From the IMG/VR virus record IMGVR_UViG_3300047548_001236, positions 218,856-282,855 of that record: 64,000 nucleotides of DNA; one strand, given 5' to 3'. Below, in pieces: positions 43,666 through 50,400 of this stretch (positions within the stretch are counted from its first letter, which is position 1; the number at the start of each line of letters is the position of its first letter). Below the pieces are notes generated by a model. The model was given only the letters and a program-made list of their open reading frames with translations, was not told where the DNA came from and searched no databases. Both the position numbers and the translations under genes were made by a program.

Positions 43666-43673
43666 TATTTATG
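43666..43673 (-). promoter_or_regulatory. Late promoter variant CATAAATA, 5 nt before the holin ATG
   Basis: 7/8 match in the short intergenic gap. Confidence 0.4.
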
Positions 43674-43676
43674 AGA

Positions 43677-44036
43677 TTAGAATTGTTGCTGGTAAATTGC
43701 AACGACTCTCTTGTATTGTTCTATATTGGCACGTATGTCTGAGAGGTTAAGCGCAAGGTTTTCGTATCCCTCACGAGTCAAAGCAAAGAACACAAGTTCT
43801 CCCTCCTTTATGCTTGCAAACTTCTCATCTATGTTTTCTGGGGTGATTATTACCCATTGTATCGTTCTGAGATCCAACTGATCAACACTAGGAACAATTG
43901 GAGCGGGTCTTGGGACTTCGATTGTTCTAACTTCAACGGATGTGACGGGCTCTACGGGTGGCGTTGATGAACATGCACTAAGGAGTGACAAGCTCATGAT
44001 AAAGCCAAGGGCATTCAGAGTTAAACTCCCTTTCAT
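43677..44036 (-). CDS. Outer-membrane spanin (o-spanin lipoprotein)
   Basis: Signal peptide with lipobox LSAC (Cys22), Pro-rich; start overlaps the 3' end of the i-spanin. Confidence 0.8.
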   Translation of the reverse strand: MKGSLTLNALGFIMSLSLLSACSSTPPVEPVTSVEVRTIEVPRPAPIVPSVDQLDLRTIQWVIITPENIDEKFASIKEGELVFFALTREGYENLALNLSDIRANIEQYKRVVAIYQQQF

Positions 44037-44454
44037 TCCTTGCATTCCTTTCTTGTTCTGTGAGTGGAGATCCTGACAGCAACTCAAAGCATCTAAGTGC
44101 TTTGTCACTTGCGTTGTTAATGGTCCTCTGGACCAATTCAGGCCGTGCTGCTGCGAGTGCATCCAACTCATGTCTTCCAAGACGTTCCCTCAGTTCCTTG
44201 TTCTGCATCCTTATTACTTGAAACTCAGACTGAACTTGTGTGAATTGTTCTTGGACTCTTTGATACGAAGCCTGTAAGTCGTCGATTGTTTGCAAATTTT
44301 GCTCATTCGCTACAACAAGCTGTTTGTTGTTTTCCTCAAGCACGGCATTATTTTCAATCAATTGAGCAATACGAGTTTGAGTGGTGCTGTAGTAGTAGTA
44401 AGCAGCACCACTGATCATTGCAACCAATATACCTATAAAGATCCAGGATTTCAT
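43978..44454 (-). CDS. Inner-membrane spanin (i-spanin)
   Basis: N-terminal TM, long coiled coil, C-terminal Cys pair. Confidence 0.8.
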   Translation of the reverse strand: MKSWIFIGILVAMISGAAYYYYSTTQTRIAQLIENNAVLEENNKQLVVANEQNLQTIDDLQASYQRVQEQFTQVQSEFQVIRMQNKELRERLGRHELDALAAARPELVQRTINNASDKALRCFELLSGSPLTEQERNARNEREFNSECPWLYHELVTP

Positions 44455-44457
44455 TTG

Positions 44458-44631
44458 TTACTTTGCGACGTCGTCAGATTCTTCTTCGGGATGGTATTCG
44501 TCGTCCTCTTTGGCTTTCATTTTTGCTTCCAATGCAAGACCTATGCGAGAACGTAGTTCTTCTTTCAAGGTTGCTTCGAAACCAAGAGCGTTTTTATCCA
44601 TCGCTTCTTGTACAAGTGTTTTAACCGACAT
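44458..44631 (-). CDS. Small acidic prohead-core-like protein, 57 aa, paralogue of 44853-45293 (not in ORF track)
   Basis: MSVKTLVQEAMDKNALGFEATLKEELRSRIGLALEAKMKAKEDDEYHPEEESDDVAK; GAGGA SD. Confidence 0.7.
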   Translation of the reverse strand: MSVKTLVQEAMDKNALGFEATLKEELRSRIGLALEAKMKAKEDDEYHPEEESDDVAK

Positions 44632-44845
44632 TTTTATATCCTCTGTGAGTTAGGTTAGTTGAAAGGTTTTCCATCGAGTGGTTATACGTTGCAATTTCTC
44701 TATTGCTGTCATCGTACACATGCGTGACAATGCCGTTCTTCACTCTTTTGTAACGCCCGTAGTTATCGTTGAAGTCGTCTCCCGACATATTATACAGGTT
44801 TTTGTGCTTTGCTTCTATTATAAACGCTTTAAACGACTTCAACAT
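44621..44845 (-). CDS. Putative capsid-targeted small internal protein
   Basis: N-terminus MLKSFKAFIIE. Confidence 0.6.
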   Translation of the reverse strand: MLKSFKAFIIEAKHKNLYNMSGDDFNDNYGRYKRVKNGIVTHVYDDSNREIATYNHSMENLSTNLTHRGYKNVG

Positions 44846-44852
44846 GATACGA

Positions 44853-45293
44853 TCATTCCTTTGTTGCAGCTACCTTAGCTGACGAGCTTTTACCTTCCAT
44901 CTTTCTGACCTTTTCATCGGCCATTTTGACGCCAGCGTATCTATTATCCACTTTCTTGGTTGGTAGTTTGCGATGCTTTGATGCGTCAGATGCTTTAATA
45001 GAATAATTTGCTGCTAGCTTTGCAGAAATTTCATCGAGCTGAGCAGACTCAGATCTCATCTTAGCGTTTTCAGCGTCCTTTTGCTCGTCTTCGTCGTCAT
45101 CCTTGTCTTCTGGCTCAAGTTCGACGTCGTCTTCTGGTGTTTCTTCCTCGTCGTCCTCTTCATCCTCAGGTAGGCCATTCATCTTGGCTTCGAGAGCGAG
45201 AGACATGCGACGACGGAGTTCTTCTTTAAGAGTCTTTTCAAACCCCAAAGCATCCTTTTCCATTGCTTCTTGAATTAGTGTCTTAACTGACAT
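44853..45293 (-). CDS. Acidic prohead-core-like (gp67-like architecture) protein
   Basis: MSVKTLIQEAMEKDALGFEKTLKEELRRRMSLALE then a D/E-rich tract and LDE site. Confidence 0.6.
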   Translation of the reverse strand: MSVKTLIQEAMEKDALGFEKTLKEELRRRMSLALEAKMNGLPEDEEDDEEETPEDDVELEPEDKDDDEDEQKDAENAKMRSESAQLDEISAKLAANYSIKASDASKHRKLPTKKVDNRYAGVKMADEKVRKMEGKSSSAKVAATKE

Positions 45294-45311
45294 GATTGTT
45301 CCTTTCTTGGG

Positions 45312-46181
45312 TTATTTTACAATTTGGCTGATTTGTGTTTCGTCTAGCTTGCCTGTTATAGGATATTTATTTGCCCTTTGCCAAGAACGAACAGCAGCTT
45401 CTGTTGTAACGCCATATATGCCATCGACAGAGATTCTTAGAGACTGCTGTACTCTACGTACTAGATCACCTTTTGCTCCTCTCTGCAATGATCTCGCTTG
45501 AGGAGCAGCAGCTGGAGTCGTGACTGCATCTGTTATTTGTGGATTGACAGGAGTCGCGGAAGTTAGACCGACGAAAGCGTTCTTGTTTCTCGAATAGCGA
45601 GAAACACGATCGTTCATACCATTATCGCCGCCATTAACAGCTCGGGACATTCCTCGGATATCGTCAGCATCCGCAAAACGATTGAGGTTGTTCGTTCTCC
45701 AGAACCATAAAGCCGATTCCATCGCGCCTTTTTTCGTTTCCATATATGCGGCAGCTTCCTCTGCAGTCATGTCGACTGACTTGCCAAACTTTTCGTAATT
45801 CCATCTACCAGTCAATTGAATCAAACCACGGCCTCTAAATCTCCAGCCATCACCAGGCTGTGTGTTACCGAGCTTGTTGGTTCTATTTGCGTCGTCGTAA
45901 ACCCTATTTGCGATCATCTCAGGCTTGCGAGCGAACTGCTTTGCAGTTTCCTTTGTAAAGTACCTTCCGAAAGTTTTCAAAAGAGCGGTTTCGCTATAAT
46001 TGAGATTTTCTTGAAGTACCTTAAAATCACCTGATTCGTGTCCTGCTTGAGCCATAAAACCAGCTATTCGGTTAGCCGTCGTCAGATCGTATTTTGGAAA
46101 CAACTCCTCTGCTATGTCGTACCACTCCTTAGCAGATTTGTTGGTGGGTATCATTTTCTCGAATTGTTCTAATGTTAGCAT
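45312..46181 (-). CDS. Endolysin: GH19 chitinase-like catalytic domain plus C-terminal peptidoglycan-binding domain
   Basis: RIAGFMAQAGHES, ENLNYS, DGWRFRGRGLIQLTGRWNY, SALWFW, VNGG; C-terminal LQRGAKGDLV..VQ..L...DGIYG..TEAAVRSWQ. Confidence 0.92.
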   Translation of the reverse strand: MLTLEQFEKMIPTNKSAKEWYDIAEELFPKYDLTTANRIAGFMAQAGHESGDFKVLQENLNYSETALLKTFGRYFTKETAKQFARKPEMIANRVYDDANRTNKLGNTQPGDGWRFRGRGLIQLTGRWNYEKFGKSVDMTAEEAAAYMETKKGAMESALWFWRTNNLNRFADADDIRGMSRAVNGGDNGMNDRVSRYSRNKNAFVGLTSATPVNPQITDAVTTPAAAPQARSLQRGAKGDLVRRVQQSLRISVDGIYGVTTEAAVRSWQRANKYPITGKLDETQISQIVK

Positions 46182-46192
46182 TTATTGTTACC

Positions 46193-46900
46193 TCATGCAA
46201 TTCTATCTGTTGGTTGTGGATGTCTCTTATCACGACGGCCACGTTGAATGTTTGTTGGTTCAGGGGCGTATCCAATTGGCTGCGTTGGAGATGCAGCTTG
46301 TGTGGAAGCTGCTTCTTTCACAAACGCTGCAAACGTCTTCCTGCCAGCCATATCCATTGCTGTTGCGGCAGCCTGTTTGCGATGCTTCTTTTGCTGCGCT
46401 CTCGTGAGACCAGGTTCACCTTGTGGACCTACACCCAACCCTGCAATATCACCTCCGCCAACATTCACCGTCGGCGCTCCACCTTCACCCTCTTCTGTAA
46501 TTTTTCTGTTGTCTTCGGTGAAAATAGGTAGATAATAGTGATACCACTCTAGAAATAAATTAGCTGATCGTTCAATATCAGCATCTGATGTGGATTCATT
46601 CAATGCGGATTTATCGGAAAAATGGTTCCATTCTTTGATTAACCATAATGCAGCCATGTAAGATGCTATTTTTGATGACCCACCCGGAACTTTTGCAAGT
46701 AGCTTTTTGAGTTTCAGGATCATGAGATCGAACTTGCCAAATGATTGGATCTGTTCGGGAGTTCTCTCAGGCTTGCTCGTGACTATATTTCCCTTTTCGT
46801 CAATTACACCAGTTTTGAAAGCCTCCCATTGAGTGAACGGGAGGGCCAATCTTTTCAGAAATTGATATACGAGAAATAGGTCGACGGCCTTCTTTATCAT
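46193..46900 (-). CDS. Conserved T4-like phage protein, probably virion-associated
   Basis: DLFLVYQFLKRL..PF..WEAFKTGVIDEKGN and EGGAPTVNVGGGDIAGLG patterns recalled from T4-like phage head-gene regions. Confidence 0.6.
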   Translation of the reverse strand: MIKKAVDLFLVYQFLKRLALPFTQWEAFKTGVIDEKGNIVTSKPERTPEQIQSFGKFDLMILKLKKLLAKVPGGSSKIASYMAALWLIKEWNHFSDKSALNESTSDADIERSANLFLEWYHYYLPIFTEDNRKITEEGEGGAPTVNVGGGDIAGLGVGPQGEPGLTRAQQKKHRKQAAATAMDMAGRKTFAAFVKEAASTQAASPTQPIGYAPEPTNIQRGRRDKRHPQPTDRIA

Positions 46901-46901
46901 T

Positions 46902-47765
46902 TTATTCCTTAGCCCTCTTACCGGCAAGATAGTTCTTGATCACTTCGTTGTGCTTTTCAGAATCCTCAGTAGGTCGACCAACAGATCTCACTGACACAAG
47001 TCTCTTGCTTTGTTCGTCGGCACGAGAGGACATACCTCTCTGATATACGTGATGAAGGGTGCTTTTACCTGTCTTAGTATTCTCAACACGAATGGCAACA
47101 GTATCGCCGTAATCGTCCTTATCGTGTACAGGTACACCGATTCTACCCATTTTACGAGTGTGAGCGACAACGTGAGATGGCGGTCCTTCTCTCATTGAAG
47201 TTTTCTGCCCTGTTTTCAGGGTGTAGCTACCGTACTGTTGTGGCTGCCAAAGACGACTCTCGTTCATATCGACACTCTCGTGATACATTCTACCTTGAAG
47301 TCTTGCAGCTCTCTTTTCGCGCCACGCTTCATGATCGTCAACAGCATCTTCTTTAGATGCTATCTGCTCGAATTCAGGATCGTTTCTTGTGTATATCATC
47401 GAGTGCTCATCACCACTCATTGGCTTACCCGACGCATCAATTCTACGCACTTCGATTTCATCGGGTGTACGTCTTGTCACGGCAACATCTGAGGAGCCGT
47501 CCCAGTCAACAGTATGTACCGCTTCACTAACGCACTTACCACCTTTGTATACAGCAACGTCGTTTTTGCTGGGATAGAGAGATACATAGTGCTTATCGCC
47601 TACTTTATTGACATGGTAGCTGTTGCTCATATTCTCAGGCTTTGATGAGAATGACATAGCTGCTTGTCTTGCTGATTTTTCGTCCGTGGCTTCGAGAAGC
47701 GCGCCCTCTCGTAGAGAAGACAAATGCATTCTATCTAAGCCGAACCATCCGTTTGATGTCCACAT
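46902..47765 (-). CDS. Putative internal head protein with MWTSN leader and multiple xxE processing sites
   Basis: MWTSNGWFG...SLRE, ALLE-A, CVSE-A, DMNE-S. Confidence 0.55.
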   Translation of the reverse strand: MWTSNGWFGLDRMHLSSLREGALLEATDEKSARQAAMSFSSKPENMSNSYHVNKVGDKHYVSLYPSKNDVAVYKGGKCVSEAVHTVDWDGSSDVAVTRRTPDEIEVRRIDASGKPMSGDEHSMIYTRNDPEFEQIASKEDAVDDHEAWREKRAARLQGRMYHESVDMNESRLWQPQQYGSYTLKTGQKTSMREGPPSHVVAHTRKMGRIGVPVHDKDDYGDTVAIRVENTKTGKSTLHHVYQRGMSSRADEQSKRLVSVRSVGRPTEDSEKHNEVIKNYLAGKRAKE

Positions 47766-47780
47766 CTATTTACTTCCTCT

Positions 47781-48155
47781 TTAATCTGATGCTTCAATTG
47801 CGCGACTTGTATTGAAAGCCTTCTTAGAGCTTTCTTCTGCTTGCTTTATGGCTTCACTAGCTGCTGGGTGCATATGCTTGCTACGGTCGCCCATTTGCTG
47901 AAATGCATACATGTGGTGTGCAGCTTCGTCTTGAGCTTTTGCGGCATCGTCGTGTTCTCTTGCGGCGATTTCATTGAACCGACCACCCATAGCTCTATGA
48001 CGTGCAGCCATATCACGGTGTAATTGACCCATGCGTTCATGATTGATCTCATGCTCGCCCCAGTTAACGTCACCGCCACCGAGTTTGAATTCAGCTTCGT
48101 CAATACTGTTAAATTGTTCTCTACTGAAACCAAACCACTTGTTTGATGTCCACAT
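47781..48155 (-). CDS. Putative internal head protein with MWTSN leader
   Basis: MWTSNKWFG...SIDE-A; His/Ala-rich helical body. Confidence 0.55.
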   Translation of the reverse strand: MWTSNKWFGFSREQFNSIDEAEFKLGGGDVNWGEHEINHERMGQLHRDMAARHRAMGGRFNEIAAREHDDAAKAQDEAAHHMYAFQQMGDRSKHMHPAASEAIKQAEESSKKAFNTSRAIEASD

Positions 48156-48156
48156 T

Positions 48157-48543
48157 TTACACTTCCTCGAGCTTCTTTGCGATAATAGCGTCTGATATTA
48201 TTCTGTTTGTATGTAGTACAGTGCCGTTATATTCTACTGTTGGAGGCAAATAGTTCAGATATTCAACGAATGGTTTAAGGTATTGGTGAAAACCTTCTAA
48301 CTTCATGAATAACATATTTGTTGCGGCTTTGCCAAAACAGTTGTAGATAACAATCAAATGATTCAGAATCAACCTTTCTTTCAGGTCGCCGAGTGTATGA
48401 TATCGTCCAAATAACTTCCTGAGGTATTGGAATCGCTTGAGGTCTTCTTCGAATTCCGACACGTCGTGGCATTGGATGTTATCATAATGATTGGCGGCGT
48501 ACACCAGAAAGGTTGATTCACTTAGTCTCACGGCAGATCTCAA
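48157..48543 (-). CDS. Conserved T4-like hypothetical protein
   Basis: YAANHYDN..C....EFEEDLKRF.YL..LF..Y....LKERLILNH..V.YN.FG pattern recalled from non-coliphage T4-likes. Confidence 0.7.
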   Translation of the reverse strand: MRSAVRLSESTFLVYAANHYDNIQCHDVSEFEEDLKRFQYLRKLFGRYHTLGDLKERLILNHLIVIYNCFGKAATNMLFMKLEGFHQYLKPFVEYLNYLPPTVEYNGTVLHTNRIISDAIIAKKLEEV

Positions 48544-48878
48544 CTATCTGCTATTGTTGCGTCTTCAATATCCGTGTTACCCGATACACCCAGGTCGCCT
48601 GCGTCTACAGCAGATACCTTCATAGGTACCAGGGTCTCTACAAACTTACGGCCATTACCGTATTCTTTATAGAGGATCCAACCTGGCGTCTTCACACCGT
48701 TGGCGCGGTTAGCTGCAACCCCAGCTTCTGTCGTATCGACGAAGAATGCGTTGTTGACGTCAACCTGCATTGGAAGACCACCGTAATCAATCTCTGCGTT
48801 AGCTGCAGGGAAGTCGGTGGAATCGAGTAGAAACTTTGGCGCTGAATTTGCGCTATCTGTATTTCCCCAAAGACTCAT
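48540..48878 (-). CDS. Small putative virion structural protein
   Basis: MSLWGNTD...PGW...RKFVETLV pattern; AAGGAG SD. Confidence 0.6.
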   Translation of the reverse strand: MSLWGNTDSANSAPKFLLDSTDFPAANAEIDYGGLPMQVDVNNAFFVDTTEAGVAANRANGVKTPGWILYKEYGNGRKFVETLVPMKVSAVDAGDLGVSGNTDIEDATIADS

Positions 48879-49018
48879 TTTTGTTCTCCTTGTTGTTTTT
48901 CTTTGTGTCTCAGTCTTTCACTTACCAAAATTCGTTCTGCTTCAATCTGATATGGATCAAAATTATTGATAATGTCCTCAAGCAACTGCGAGCTTAGTAG
49001 TTTCTTCCACCAGTTCAT
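48875..49018 (-). CDS. Small hypothetical protein, 47 aa (not in ORF track)
   Basis: MNWWKKLLSSQLLEDIINNFDPYQIEAERILVSERLRHKEKQQGEQK; ends in an ATGA overlap with the next gene. Confidence 0.45.
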   Translation of the reverse strand: MNWWKKLLSSQLLEDIINNFDPYQIEAERILVSERLRHKEKQQGEQK

Positions 49019-49301
49019 CTATTTTAATCCTCAGAGTGGTTGTGCCAGGAATGATGCGGTGATACACCATCTTCGGCACAAAGAATTCATCGCCTTTATT
49101 TATCAAGAATGGTAACTCATTGTCATACTGGAACAACCAACCACATCCCTCAATAACTTCAATTCGTCTGCTTTCCTTGTCACGGTGCCACACAAAGTCC
49201 TCATCCTGTTGATCGGGTTGGAAAGATCTAACCAACACCCCATCACGAATTTGTTCATCAATAAACGGCTTTGGCGTTTCGTTGAATACCGCGTTGATCA
49301 T
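48978..49301 (-). CDS. Small cupin-like protein
   Basis: VWHRD..SR.IEV....GW.FQYDNELP......F.VPK.VYHRII; GAGG SD. Confidence 0.6.
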   Translation of the reverse strand: MINAVFNETPKPFIDEQIRDGVLVRSFQPDQQDEDFVWHRDKESRRIEVIEGCGWLFQYDNELPFLINKGDEFFVPKMVYHRIIPGTTTLRIKIDELVEETTKLAVA

Positions 49302-49309
49302 ATGACCTC

Positions 49310-49852
49310 TCACCAGAAAAATTTACCACCACCTGTTAGTCCAACCGATTTAGCGAAGTAAGGAAGTCTACAAGACCAATATGCGGCGGACGTCTTATCT
49401 GTCTGATCTGAACATTTATGCCGCGACGCAAAGTTTTTACGTGCCTCTGGATCGTTGATCTTTGCTGTCAACCCTGTTGTATCCCCAAACGTTACCTTCT
49501 TAATATTGCCTGTTGAAGGATCTTTGACGTACACGTAGAATTTCTTTGGTCCACCTCTACGGGGCTTGTTTAACGGAACCTTTTCTTCTTCACCCTCCAT
49601 CAAAGGTATATCGAGAGGAACCGCCCTGTCTTCGTAAAGTGCATACTCGCCAATATCTGATTCAAGTAATTCTTTCTCAAACCAGTCTTTTGTTTCATAC
49701 AAACCAACATCGTAAAGATAGCGAGCCTCGGTAAACAACGCATTGCTCATTTCTGAATGAGGCCTAAACACGTTTTCCGTGAATGGAATCTTTTTCGTCA
49801 AATGATATTCAATTGCACGCTCTAGCGTATGTTCTTTGAGGCTTCTCAACAT
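49310..49852 (-). CDS. Conserved T4-like protein with KKFYVYV...ARKNFASRHKC...AAYWSC domain
   Basis: Motif recalled from T4-like and other phage hypotheticals; lies in the head-protein cluster. Confidence 0.6.
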   Translation of the reverse strand: MLRSLKEHTLERAIEYHLTKKIPFTENVFRPHSEMSNALFTEARYLYDVGLYETKDWFEKELLESDIGEYALYEDRAVPLDIPLMEGEEEKVPLNKPRRGGPKKFYVYVKDPSTGNIKKVTFGDTTGLTAKINDPEARKNFASRHKCSDQTDKTSAAYWSCRLPYFAKSVGLTGGGKFFW

Positions 49853-50382
49853 TACGACTTCTTCCCTTTGTTACCGTAGGCTCCGCCTTCGTACCATGCA
49901 CACCAACCATTAGGGCTGATAGTTCCAGATACAGCGGTACACTTATTTGGTTCTCTCCACATTGTGCAATTGACACAGCGTTGACCGTTCTTTGGCTTGT
50001 CTTGATACTTAGCCTCAGCTTTTGATGCCTTTTTCTCTTCCGCGACTACCCTTGCTACAAATGGAAACATTGGCTGTAAATGAGCATATTCGTGTCCGAC
50101 ATATTCTATGTCGTCCGCTACAGGGTTCATTTCTTCTGCTGGCAACTCTTCGGATTGATCACCGCCGTTAGCCTTCATGTATGTGCATACTGAGACAAGG
50201 TAATCGGACGCGAGCGTCACTTTGCTTTCACCCCATCTTTCCATTGTTGCACCGGAGTCCAACATTGATATAATCTCTTGAGCTGCATTGACTGCCACTT
50301 GCAACTCTCTTTTAGACATGTCGTCTTGCTCTACTTTCGAGTCGCAAGCAACTTCATTCAGAACCTGCTTAAATGTCTTCAT
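49852..50382 (-). CDS. Capsid-targeted protein with C-terminal HiPIP (high-potential 4Fe-4S) domain
   Basis: N-terminus MKTFKQVLNE; C-terminus KASKAEAKYQDKPKNGQRCVNC-X8-C-X12-C with ISPNGWC; no Tat signal. Confidence 0.78.
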   Translation of the reverse strand: MKTFKQVLNEVACDSKVEQDDMSKRELQVAVNAAQEIISMLDSGATMERWGESKVTLASDYLVSVCTYMKANGGDQSEELPAEEMNPVADDIEYVGHEYAHLQPMFPFVARVVAEEKKASKAEAKYQDKPKNGQRCVNCTMWREPNKCTAVSGTISPNGWCAWYEGGAYGNKGKKS

Positions 50383-50400
50383 TTGGAATTCTCCTTAAGA

